Part shown: positions 9,043 through 17,790 of the stretch, in pieces | Layout of the letters: each line of letters opens with the position of its first letter | Position numbering within the stretch: the first letter of the stretch is position 1 | Sequence record: SRR2962707_2090 | DNA length: 44,093 nucleotides | Reading direction: 5' to 3' (one strand) | Translations under genes and position numbers: made by a program | Notes under the pieces: generated by a model | What the model was told of the DNA's origin: nothing | The model's database searches: none | What the model saw: the letters and a program-made list of their open reading frames with translations, nothing else

Positions 9043-9810
9043 TCAAAACATGTACTCACCGCCATTTAGATGAATCGCCTGTCCGTTGACGAATCCTGAA
9101 TTCGGACCGCACAGGTAGACACAGGCCTGAGCGATGTCCTCGACCTCGCCCCAGCGCCGTACTGGTATCTCCTGTCGTTTGCGTTCCAGGTCGGTATTCG
9201 GATACTGGCTCCAATCCCGCGTGGTGTTGATCGCACCCGGAACCACCGTGTTGGCGGTCACTCCCGATGGACCAAACTCCCGTGCCAGCGCCTTGGTAAA
9301 ACCATGCATGCCGGCTTTGCAGGCGATATTGTGGGCGCGATTGAGGATGTGGCCGGTGAAGCCGTCATAACCGGAAACGTGAATCAGACGACCCCACCCA
9401 CGCGCCTTCATCGCTGGTAACACGCATCGGTTCAGGTAAAAGACCGCGCTCAGATTGGTATCCAGAACCCGTTTCCAGTCCTCCAGGGAGACGTCCAGAA
9501 ACGGCTGATGAAGCCGGCGCCCCACGTTGGATACGGCGATATCAACATCACCAAAATGGCCTTCGGTGACCTTGACCATGGCCGCCACTGCCTGGGGATC
9601 CGATACGTCGCACAGGTACGGCATGGCCTTCCCGCCGGCCTTCTCCACCTCATCACAAACGGACTCCAGCTTTTCCTGGCTGCTGGCGCCGTTGATGACA
9701 ACCCGGGCGCCCTGTGCCGCCAGGGCCAGAGCAATGGCACGACCGATGTTCTGTCCGGAGCCGGTAATCAATGCCACCTTATCTTGCAATGCTGGGCCAA
9801 TATCGCTCAT
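9043..9810 (-). CDS. Atypical short-chain dehydrogenase/reductase (catalytic Tyr replaced by Asn)
   Basis: TGSGQNIG NAD(P)-binding motif; HNIACKAG where YxxxK is expected. Confidence 0.85.
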   Translation of the reverse strand: MSDIGPALQDKVALITGSGQNIGRAIALALAAQGARVVINGASSQEKLESVCDEVEKAGGKAMPYLCDVSDPQAVAAMVKVTEGHFGDVDIAVSNVGRRLHQPFLDVSLEDWKRVLDTNLSAVFYLNRCVLPAMKARGWGRLIHVSGYDGFTGHILNRAHNIACKAGMHGFTKALAREFGPSGVTANTVVPGAINTTRDWSQYPNTDLERKRQEIPVRRWGEVEDIAQACVYLCGPNSGFVNGQAIHLNGGEYMF

Positions 9811-10676
9811 CAGCTATCCCCCTTCCTTGTTTCCAGAGCATGGGCGAAAGCCACGACTCGACGGGCTTGCTCCGCATGCAGATTTTCAATCATCCGGCCA
9901 TTCAGCACCGCAACGCCCTTGCCTTCCGCCAATGTCTTTTCCCAGGCCACGACAACTTCCTTTGCCTCGGACACCGCCCCGAGGTCCGGGCCGAATATGG
10001 CATTGGCGGGGCCAACCTGGGTCGGGTGTATCAGTGTCTTGCCGTCAAATCCCAGATCGCGCCCTTGGCGACAGACTTTCTCCAGCGCATCAAGATCCTT
10101 CAGATCCAGCGTTACGCCGTCCAACGCGTCGCAACCGTAACGGCGCGCGGCCGCCACGGTTCTGGACAGGGAGTACAGCAATGGAAGTCTTTCGGGGTGG
10201 TCGGTGATCCGAAACTCCTTGATCAGATCGGAGGTTCCCATTACCAGAACATCCACGCCCTCCACAGCGGCGATGGTGTCTACATTAGCGATGCCCGCGG
10301 GCGTTTCGATCATCACCCATAAGCACGGACCACCGGCACCAATGCGCTTGAGACACCGTTGCGCCATGGACGCATCTTCCACTTTGGGCACCAGAATGGC
10401 GTCCGGACAGGCCTTGGCCGCCGCCACGATATCGGCTTCGTGCCAGGGCGTACCCTCACCGTTGACACGAATCACTACCTCGCGGTAGCCGTAATCACGT
10501 TGTGCCACGCGCTCACAAACAAGGCCCCTGGCCTCCTCTTTCCTGTCCGGGGCGACCGCGTCTTCCAGATCAAGGATGACCGCGTCCACATCGAGAGTGC
10601 CCGCCTTTTCCATCGCACGCTGATTGATACCAGGCATGTACAGCACAGAGCGTCTTGGGCGAATGACCGGATTCAT
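9810..10676 (-). CDS. CitE-family protein, Mcl2-like ((3S)-malyl-CoA thioesterase-like)
   Basis: RSVLYMPG, DLEDAV, MGTSDL, QGRDLGFDGKTLIHP, GRMIENLH resemble Rhodobacter Mcl2 as recalled. Confidence 0.8.
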   Translation of the reverse strand: MNPVIRPRRSVLYMPGINQRAMEKAGTLDVDAVILDLEDAVAPDRKEEARGLVCERVAQRDYGYREVVIRVNGEGTPWHEADIVAAAKACPDAILVPKVEDASMAQRCLKRIGAGGPCLWVMIETPAGIANVDTIAAVEGVDVLVMGTSDLIKEFRITDHPERLPLLYSLSRTVAAARRYGCDALDGVTLDLKDLDALEKVCRQGRDLGFDGKTLIHPTQVGPANAIFGPDLGAVSEAKEVVVAWEKTLAEGKGVAVLNGRMIENLHAEQARRVVAFAHALETRKGDS

Positions 10677-10698
10677 GAGAACTCCTCTTTATTTCAGA

Positions 10699-11595
10699 TC
10701 ACAGACCGATCAGATCCGCTTTACGAATAGTGTTCTGGAGAATCCGGATTGACGCCGCGTCCACCATGTCGCCATCCACCGCCACCGCGCCAAGCCCCTG
10801 AGCCTCTGCTTCGGTATAGGCGGCGGCAAGCTTGCGCGCGCGATCTACACTCTCCTGGCTTGGAGAGTATTCGTCGTTGGCGATTTCGATCTGGCTGGGA
10901 TGAATGGCCCATTTTCCGGAAGCACCGAGAATACGGGAGCGCTTGCACTCTTCCCGATATCCTTCAGGGTTCTTGATCGCCGCATAGGGTCCATCGACCA
11001 TATCGATGCCAGCGGCGCGAGCGGCGATGATCACTTTGTTGCGAGCGTAGTGCCAGATGTCACCGGGGTAGCCGTCGCCGCTGCCGATGGCACGGGTATC
11101 CACACCCTGAGAAGCGGAATAATCACCAGGCCCGAAAATCAACGCTTCCAGACGAGGCGATGCAGTGGCGATTTCTTCAGCATTGATCATCGCTTCCACT
11201 TCTTCGATAAGCACTTCCAGGGCAATGCGTTTTTTCAAGCCCAGGCGCTCTTCAAGCTGGGTCAGCAACACATCCACCCACCACACGTCACGGGCCGCCT
11301 TCGCTTTCGGTATGATGATCAGATCCAGGTTCTCACCGGCCTGCTCCACCACATCAATGATGTCGCGGTGGGCATAGTGGGTTTCCAGGTTATTGATCCG
11401 GACCGCGCGGGTCTTCTTGCCCCAATCCAACGTGTTCAAGGCCTTGATCACGTTCTGACGCGCCGTGTCCTTCTCGGAAGGCGCCACCGAGTCTTCCAGA
11501 TCCAGAAACACCAGGTCGGCATCGCTGGCGGCCGCTTTGGTCATCATCTTCTCGCTACTTCCCGGCGTGGAGAGTTCGGAACGACGTAGACGCAT
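10699..11595 (-). CDS. CitE-family CoA-ester lyase, Mcl1-like (malyl-CoA/beta-methylmalyl-CoA lyase-like)
   Basis: DLEDSVAP, LDWGKK..VRIN, SPRLEAL, DIWHYAR, VDGPY, GKWAIHP resemble Mcl1 as recalled. Confidence 0.82.
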   Translation of the reverse strand: MRLRRSELSTPGSSEKMMTKAAASDADLVFLDLEDSVAPSEKDTARQNVIKALNTLDWGKKTRAVRINNLETHYAHRDIIDVVEQAGENLDLIIIPKAKAARDVWWVDVLLTQLEERLGLKKRIALEVLIEEVEAMINAEEIATASPRLEALIFGPGDYSASQGVDTRAIGSGDGYPGDIWHYARNKVIIAARAAGIDMVDGPYAAIKNPEGYREECKRSRILGASGKWAIHPSQIEIANDEYSPSQESVDRARKLAAAYTEAEAQGLGAVAVDGDMVDAASIRILQNTIRKADLIGL

Positions 11596-11599
11596 TGGT

Positions 11600-12847
11600 T
11601 TACTCCTTTACAAAATTAGTGATGATGTTCATTTCGGAGAGTTTCTTGATCTCTTCCGCGTTATATCCAAGCTCATTGAGAATCGAACCGGTGTGTTCAC
11701 CCAGCAACGGGGCACGACGGGCCCCGGCCGTGGGAGTGCCTCCCAACCGAATCGGGCTGGCGGCAAAAACGCCGGTATGGTCTGAGCCGGGGTGTTTGAG
11801 TTTAAGAAACATTTCCCGGCAGCCAATGTGCGGATCATTGAAGATGTCTTCCGCGGTGTTGATCGGCCCGGCGGGCACATAGCCGCCAAGCGCTTGCATG
11901 ATTTCCTGCTTGGTGCGCGAGCCGCACCACTCGGACAGAACCGCTCTTACCGCTTCCGCGTTTTCCACGCGCATTGCATTCGTGCAGTAATCCGGGTTCG
12001 CCGCCATATCCGGCCGATCGATGATCCGGCATAGCTCCCGCCATAGGTTGTCCCGGGGAGCGGCGACGGTGACCCACCCGTCCAGAGCTTTGAAGTTGTC
12101 GAAGGGACACAGCAGAGGATGCGTGGTTCCCTGGGGCCGAGGTATCTCGCTGGTATAGCTGTATTGATAGACAATACGTTCACACAGCGAGAGGATGCTG
12201 TCGTACATGGCCACATCGACAAACTGGCCTTCCCCGGTACGCTCGGCGTGATGCAAGGCGGACACGATGCCAAAGGCGGTTTGCACGGCGGGAAAGATAT
12301 CCCCCACTCCAGGTCCGATCTTGATCGGGCTGTCCTTGTCAGGCCCGGTGATGCCCATCAAGCCGCCCATGGCCTGCGCAACCACATCATAGGCCGGCCA
12401 GTAGGTGTACGGACTTTCGCCACTACGGGGATCGCCGAACCCACGAATGCACGCATAAACCAGCTTCGGATTGACCTCCTTGAGCATTTCATAGCTCAGG
12501 CCAAGGCGATCCATGACCCCTACTCTGAAGTTTTCCAGCAGGATGTCCGCTTTCCGTACCAACCCGAGAAGAATCTCCTTGCCTTCTTCCGTCTTCAAAT
12601 CCAGTGCAATGCTGGCCTTGTTTCGATTGACGCTGTGGAAATAACCGCCATAGTGCCGTTCCCCATCGTCATCGAAGTGAGGCCCCTGTCGGCGCGTCTG
12701 GTCGCCGCCGACAGGTTCCACCTTGATCACCTCCGCCCCCATATCGCTCAGCATCATCGAGCAATAGGGCCCGGCCAGCATCTGGCTGAGATCGACGACG
12801 GTAACGCCCTTCAATGGGCCACTCCCATCCCGCCTCCAATCGCTCAT
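11600..12847 (-). CDS. Family III (CaiB/BaiF) CoA-transferase, Mct-like
   Basis: DLSQMLAGP, YGGYFHSVNRNK, IRGFGDPRSGE, AYDVVAQA (catalytic Asp), GPGVGDIF, SLCERIVYQYSYT. Confidence 0.88.
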   Translation of the reverse strand: MSDWRRDGSGPLKGVTVVDLSQMLAGPYCSMMLSDMGAEVIKVEPVGGDQTRRQGPHFDDDGERHYGGYFHSVNRNKASIALDLKTEEGKEILLGLVRKADILLENFRVGVMDRLGLSYEMLKEVNPKLVYACIRGFGDPRSGESPYTYWPAYDVVAQAMGGLMGITGPDKDSPIKIGPGVGDIFPAVQTAFGIVSALHHAERTGEGQFVDVAMYDSILSLCERIVYQYSYTSEIPRPQGTTHPLLCPFDNFKALDGWVTVAAPRDNLWRELCRIIDRPDMAANPDYCTNAMRVENAEAVRAVLSEWCGSRTKQEIMQALGGYVPAGPINTAEDIFNDPHIGCREMFLKLKHPGSDHTGVFAASPIRLGGTPTAGARRAPLLGEHTGSILNELGYNAEEIKKLSEMNIITNFVKE

Positions 12848-13329
12848 TTGTCCCCCCAGTAGGAGCGACGCTTGATCAACGCCTTGCGCTCGCCGGAGAA
12901 CACCTGGATATCGTCCTGATTGAAGCCAAGGTGGCGGAAGGTAACGATTCCCGCATCCTCACGCTCAGCATCTTCGACCTTCAGGACTTCGGTATAGGCA
13001 TAAAGCGTATGGCCATGAAGCACCGGGCTGGAGAAGCGGATAGCATTCAGCCCCAACTCCTCGATCACCTGCTCGCCGGTGTCCTCGGAAGCAAGTCCGA
13101 TGATGAACGAGGCCGTTATGCCGCCGAAGTTAATACGATGCTTGAATGGTGACTCCTGCATCCTGTGTTCGTTGAAATGACCTTGAGCCGTATTCATCAC
13201 CTGCAGGGTGATCAACACGTTGTCCATTTCCGTAATGGTTCTGCCACGGGCGTGTTTGTAGACATCTCCGACCGTGAAGTCCTCGAAGTAGTTGTCTTTT
13301 CCGGTCAGTTCAGCAATGGGGTAACTCAT
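12844..13329 (-). CDS. MaoC-like hotdog dehydratase resembling the C-terminal half of mesaconyl-CoA hydratase
   Basis: YFEDFTVGD, RTITEMDN..T....NTAQGHFN, RINFGG; 4-nt overlaps with both neighbours. Confidence 0.85.
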   Translation of the reverse strand: MSYPIAELTGKDNYFEDFTVGDVYKHARGRTITEMDNVLITLQVMNTAQGHFNEHRMQESPFKHRINFGGITASFIIGLASEDTGEQVIEELGLNAIRFSSPVLHGHTLYAYTEVLKVEDAEREDAGIVTFRHLGFNQDDIQVFSGERKALIKRRSYWGDK

Positions 13330-14537
13330 TGTTTTACCGCTCCCAGAAGACGATCGGAGATGATCCGTTTCTGAATCTCGGAGGTGCCCTCAAAGATCTT
13401 GGTCAGGCGGGCATCCCGCCAATAGCGCTCCACCGCGAAATCCGTGGTGTAACCGGCGCCACCGTGAATCTGCAGTGCTTCACTGGTAACGCGCTCGGAC
13501 ATCTCCGCGGCGAACAGTTTCACCATGGAAGATTCCTTGTCGCAGCGCCGGCCGCTGTCGATCTCGGTGGCAACGTGATACATCAACTGGCGCGCGGCCT
13601 CGATCTGCGCCGCCATGTCCGCGATCTTGAAACGGATCGCCTGAAAATGACCGATCGGCCGCCCGAACTGCTCCCGCTCATGCACATAGCGGATGGAATC
13701 TTCCAAGGCGCCACGGGCCAGCCCGATGGAACGGGCCGCGGTGTGGGCTCTGGCCACCTCGAGTTTTCCCATGGTGGTGTAGAAGGCGTTGCCCTCCTCA
13801 CCGATCAGCGCCTCGGCCGGTACCCGGCAGTTGTCGAAAGACAGCTCAAAGGTCTTCCAGCCTCGATAGCCGATCTTGTTGACCGGGCTGCCCTGAACAC
13901 CTGGCGGCAGAGTCCCCCGCTCCTTCGGAATATGAAAGGCGCTGATCCCCTTATGCCGGGCCTTGGGGTCGACCTCGGGCGTAGTGCGAGCCATGACGGT
14001 CAGGTAATCCGCGCCATCGGCAAAGGTGCACCACATTTTTGAGCCGTTGATCACCCATTCATCTCCTTCACGACGGGCGCGGGTGGAGAGGTTTGCGACG
14101 TCCGACCCTGCGTTCGGTTCCGATAGAGCAAAGGCGTTCAGATAGTCGCCGGAGGCGATCTTCGGGAGATACTTCCGTTTTTGCTCTTCAGAGAAACCGG
14201 CTCCGGCCGCGTTACCGCGTGCCATGATGCTGGCCACGCTCATCCAGCCCCGGGCCAGTTCTTCCGCCACCAGACAGTACTCGAAACAACCCAGGCCCAG
14301 GCCGCCGTACTCCTCGGGAATCATGATGCCGAAGAAACCCATTTGAGCCATCTGGTCGCGCAGGCTCATGGGGATTTCCCCGTTGATCGGGTCAAGCTTG
14401 TTGGCCACCGGCAGCACTTCCTTCATGGAGAAGTTTCGCGCCGTTTCCTGAATCATCAACCGCTCTTCCGTAAAGTAGTCCGGCACATCATCTCTTGGCG
14501 GAATCGGCGGATTACTTCTACTGCTGTCTTTGGTCAT
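13326..14537 (-). CDS. Acyl-CoA dehydrogenase, methylsuccinyl-CoA dehydrogenase-like core
   Basis: ALSEPNAGSD, GYRGWKTFELSFD, ARAHTAARSIG, GRRCD, QIHGGAGY, IFEGTSEIQ (catalytic Glu). Confidence 0.9.
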   Translation of the reverse strand: MTKDSSRSNPPIPPRDDVPDYFTEERLMIQETARNFSMKEVLPVANKLDPINGEIPMSLRDQMAQMGFFGIMIPEEYGGLGLGCFEYCLVAEELARGWMSVASIMARGNAAGAGFSEEQKRKYLPKIASGDYLNAFALSEPNAGSDVANLSTRARREGDEWVINGSKMWCTFADGADYLTVMARTTPEVDPKARHKGISAFHIPKERGTLPPGVQGSPVNKIGYRGWKTFELSFDNCRVPAEALIGEEGNAFYTTMGKLEVARAHTAARSIGLARGALEDSIRYVHEREQFGRPIGHFQAIRFKIADMAAQIEAARQLMYHVATEIDSGRRCDKESSMVKLFAAEMSERVTSEALQIHGGAGYTTDFAVERYWRDARLTKIFEGTSEIQKRIISDRLLGAVKQ

Positions 14538-14540
14538 TAC

Positions 14541-15041
14541 TTATTTCCTGTTCAGCTTTTTGGCGATCAGATTGGTTCGATCAAAGTCAATGACTTTTTC
14601 ATTCCTTTGGTTGAATCCCTCGGTGTGCCAGGTGGCGATACCCATGCCGGGACGACTGTCGGAATCACGCAGATCAATCACCTCACTGCGGGCGGTCAGA
14701 GTGTCATCGGGATAAACCGCTTTCAGGAAGTTGAGGTTCTCCACGCCCAGAAAAGCCCCGCCGGATTCGCTCAAATCCTCGACGGACAAACCGAAAACCG
14801 TCAGGAACACCATCATCGGATTTACCACGATGGTGGAATGCCCGTGGGCTTTTGCGTATTCCTTATTGAAGTACAGAGGATTGAAGTTGAGCGTCATGGT
14901 GGAAAACTGAACACAATCCGACTCCAGCACGGTGCGGCCCCAGTGATGCTTGAAGACCTGCCCTACTTCCATATCGTCCAGACCATTGCCTTTGGCTCTG
15001 AACTTCGCCCCTTCCAGAAGGCGCTTGACATCGCTCATCAT
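14541..15041 (-). CDS. MaoC-like hotdog dehydratase resembling the N-terminal half of mesaconyl-CoA hydratase
   Basis: GRTV, VFGLSVEDLS...AFLG, VYPDDTLTARSEVI, GFNQRNE; GAGG SD; start may be 15038. Confidence 0.85.
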   Translation of the reverse strand: MMSDVKRLLEGAKFRAKGNGLDDMEVGQVFKHHWGRTVLESDCVQFSTMTLNFNPLYFNKEYAKAHGHSTIVVNPMMVFLTVFGLSVEDLSESGGAFLGVENLNFLKAVYPDDTLTARSEVIDLRDSDSRPGMGIATWHTEGFNQRNEKVIDFDRTNLIAKKLNRK

Positions 15042-15054
15042 TATTCCTCGTTGC

Positions 15055-16440
15055 TCATTGGCCTTTGCTGATCAGAGAGATCAAAGAACTCAAGTTTTCT
15101 TCTTTCTCCAACGCCGCCACCTTGGCAATAATCGCCTCCGCCGACGTCTCGCCCAGGACGGGCACCACCAGACTTCTGAATTTCTCCGCCAGCCGTTCCC
15201 ATTGCCGTGGCAATGCCTCGACCGGGGTCGGCTGCGATACATCCCCTTTACCCTGGCACACGCGCCCATCACGGCACTTCGCCTCCACCACGGAGCTGTA
15301 TCGATTGGGAAGATTGGTAACCGGAACGACAGTGACCTTGTCACGTAATCCACAAAGCCTTGCGTCCCTGACTTTTTCATCGGTAAACGAGGTAACGTCA
15401 GTGGGCTCCCCGGCGAGCGCCAGGGCGGTGGTGAATCTCAGGCTGAATTTGCCTTCCAGACCAGAACCTGGGGTGTGAATATTGCACACTTTCAGATGCG
15501 ACTCTGGCACCAGAACGCGCACTTCTTCTATCTCCTTATCGGCGATGGAATACTCGGATTGAAGCAGCTGGGCCGCTTCGATAGTCGCATGTGTCAGATA
15601 ACAAGCGGCGTGGTACTTGAACAGGACCTCACCAATGGAAAATCGATTCCGAAGAGCATCGAAAGCGGCCTCATTGAAACCGCTCGATTGCGTTTCGATA
15701 AATCCCTGGCTGGCTTCCAGCGCCTTGGGATTGGCGGTAAATCCTTTTGCGGCCAGGGAGGCGGCCAGCCAGCCGTTGGCGGCGGCCTTACCAGCATGAA
15801 AAGGCTTCGTCATGGTGCCAAACATGCTCTTGAGACCCGCGGCCTGCGCGGCGGCCAGACCAAAAGCATGCCCCCACTGTGGCCGGGGAAGGCTCATCAA
15901 ATGGGCGCAAGCCGCCGTGGCGCCAAAAGTGCCAACGGTTCCGGTGGCATGGAAACCAACCCCGTAATGATCGGGTGAGACGGCAGTGCCAACCAGACAT
16001 TCGGCTTCAAAACCGGCGACGAAAGCCGTGATGAAATCGAGACCAGAACGAGTGTCGATTTCAGCCAAGGCCAGGATCGCGGAGAACACCGGAACGGAAG
16101 GATGCCCACCCATCGCTGAAACCACATCGTCGTAGTCCAGAGCATGGGAGGCGGCACCGTTAATCAAGGCTGCCCAGAACGTGGAGGCACGCTGTTCGAC
16201 GCCAATCAGGGCACAGTTTTCAGCATAACCCTCTTCCAATGCCTGTTGGCGAAGCAGTACAACCAGTTCCTCACGAGAACCGGCGATGGTGACACCAAGC
16301 CAGTCAAGAAAGCAGTGTTTGGCGACTATCCGTTTGTCTTCCGGAATACTGTCCGCTCGCAACGACGATATAAACTCAATAATGTCGTCGGTGACCGGGC
16401 GGGCTACTTCACGCTTGTCATTCTTTTCAAACCCAGGCAT
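15055..16440 (-). CDS. MmgE/PrpD-family protein (IDS-epimerase/IRG1-like subgroup)
   Basis: DWLGVTIAG, ASHALDYDD, GHPS, GFHATG, KPFHAG, FKYHAACYLTH, EGKFS; GGAGG SD before ATG 16440. Confidence 0.88.
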   Translation of the reverse strand: MPGFEKNDKREVARPVTDDIIEFISSLRADSIPEDKRIVAKHCFLDWLGVTIAGSREELVVLLRQQALEEGYAENCALIGVEQRASTFWAALINGAASHALDYDDVVSAMGGHPSVPVFSAILALAEIDTRSGLDFITAFVAGFEAECLVGTAVSPDHYGVGFHATGTVGTFGATAACAHLMSLPRPQWGHAFGLAAAQAAGLKSMFGTMTKPFHAGKAAANGWLAASLAAKGFTANPKALEASQGFIETQSSGFNEAAFDALRNRFSIGEVLFKYHAACYLTHATIEAAQLLQSEYSIADKEIEEVRVLVPESHLKVCNIHTPGSGLEGKFSLRFTTALALAGEPTDVTSFTDEKVRDARLCGLRDKVTVVPVTNLPNRYSSVVEAKCRDGRVCQGKGDVSQPTPVEALPRQWERLAEKFRSLVVPVLGETSAEAIIAKVAALEKEENLSSLISLISKGQ

Positions 16441-16577
16441 TGCCTTCCTCCATACTAGCGGGTACAACCTAGAGCCAGCTGAGCCCACCTCCCGATGGAT
16501 CATTCGCCGTTCCGGCGGAACTCATTGGATGGGAATATCATTATGGAGCGGGGCTATAGAGACGCCATTTGCTAAAC

Positions 16578-16603
16578 GTTAATGCCAAATTAACCAGCGG
16601 TTA
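16578..16603 (-). promoter_or_regulatory. LysR-type operator, copy 1 (left operon)
   Basis: Minus strand TAACCGCTGGTTAATTTGGCATTAAC; contains a T-N11-A dyad; CATAAT -10 candidate at 16545-16540. Confidence 0.75.
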
Positions 16604-16653
16604 TTCCGGCCATTTGCAAGGTTGGATAATCAGAACAAAGAGGCAGAAACCCG

Positions 16654-17601
16654 ATGAAACGAAGGCATCTACCCCCCTTGAATCCAGTAAGAAGTTTCGA
16701 GGCGGCGGCTCGTAACGGCAGCTTCACCAAGGCTGCCGAGGAGCTGCATGTCACCACCGTCGCGGTCAGTCGGCAGGTCGCCGTCCTTGAGCAATATTTT
16801 GGAGTGCCTTTATTTGAAAGACGCCATCAGAGCCTGAAATTGACTCGTGAAGGCAGGGAGTTTCTTCCTTATGCCACCGCCGCATTCGACCAGCTTTATC
16901 AGGGTGCTCAGGGTTTACGCTCACCGGAGTCCCGCCCCATCGTGGTTTGTGCCTACGCATCAATCGCCATTCACTGGCTGATTCCACGTCTATGTCGTTT
17001 TCGCGAAGCCTTCCCCGAGATCCATATCGACTTGACGACCGCCGCCAAACCCGAGGAGTTCGATTACGATTCCATCGACGTTGCCATCCAATATCTGAAA
17101 GTGTCGTCTCAGGACCTGAGTAGTCAGACGTTGCTTCCCGATATTATCCAACCCGCCTGCAGCCCCGGACTTTTGCAGGGCGATTACCCCATTCCCCCCG
17201 AAGAAAATCTGCCCCGCCATACTTTTTTACACTCAAAGTACCGTAAACAGGACTGGGGTGAATGGCTGAAGACGGCCAAGCTTTCCCATCTTCAACCGGC
17301 TCATGAACTCACCTTCAAAGGCTCCAGTCTTGCCTATCAGGCGGCAGCGGAGGGCGTGGGCGTTGCCGTCGTTCAGCGGCCGCTGGTGGATGACGAGTTC
17401 CGCGCCGGCAGACTGGTCGCCCCGTTTGCTCTGGCCCACCAGCGCTCCGATGGCATTGTCATGGCTGGACGCAAGCGAAACTTCCAACACCCTCAGGTAA
17501 GCGCCTTTTGCGACTGGTTGGAACAGGAGGCCAGAGACTCTGTAAAACGAATGGATATTGAATATTCACGGAAGGACAGCAGTTTATTGACGGTGGCCTG
17601 A
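16654..17601 (+). CDS. LysR-family regulator, GcvA-like
   Basis: MKRRHLPPLNPVRSFEAAARNGSFTKAAEELHVT, WLIPRLCRF. Confidence 0.93.
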   Translation: MKRRHLPPLNPVRSFEAAARNGSFTKAAEELHVTTVAVSRQVAVLEQYFGVPLFERRHQSLKLTREGREFLPYATAAFDQLYQGAQGLRSPESRPIVVCAYASIAIHWLIPRLCRFREAFPEIHIDLTTAAKPEEFDYDSIDVAIQYLKVSSQDLSSQTLLPDIIQPACSPGLLQGDYPIPPEENLPRHTFLHSKYRKQDWGEWLKTAKLSHLQPAHELTFKGSSLAYQAAAEGVGVAVVQRPLVDDEFRAGRLVAPFALAHQRSDGIVMAGRKRNFQHPQVSAFCDWLEQEARDSVKRMDIEYSRKDSSLLTVA

Positions 17602-17621
17602 GGCCACCCTAGGCCAGCTGG

Positions 17622-17647
17622 TAACTTTTAGTTAACTGCCTCTTAAT
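17622..17647 (+). promoter_or_regulatory. LysR-type operator, copy 2 (right operon)
   Basis: TAACTTTTAGTTAACTGCCTCTTAAT followed by CAAATGGCG as in copy 1; TAGAAT -10 candidate at 17678-17683. Confidence 0.75.
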
Positions 17648-17790
17648 GTTTTCCAAATGGCGGAGAAATCCCTCGCCTAGAATACTACTCCCCACCGCGC
17701 CTGATAGGGCCATCGGAAAAACTTGCGGGCATTGTCCGGTATCCGCCCGTACCGGACTCACCCGGCATTCTCTTCGGGGAGCATTTCTGA

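Noticed and set aside
9810-11595. Citrate lyase beta subunit (citE)
   Set aside because: No citD/citF/citC; motifs match malyl-CoA lyase and thioesterase subgroups
15055-16440. prpD (methylcitrate cycle), suggested by nearby acnB
   Set aside because: Motifs fit the non-PrpD subgroup, no prpB/prpC is present, and acnB ends at its own terminator about 15 kb away
17592-17608. GGTGGCCT-G-AGGCCACC hairpin at the lysR stop as terminator
   Set aside because: No U tract and it overlaps the coding end; function unsupported
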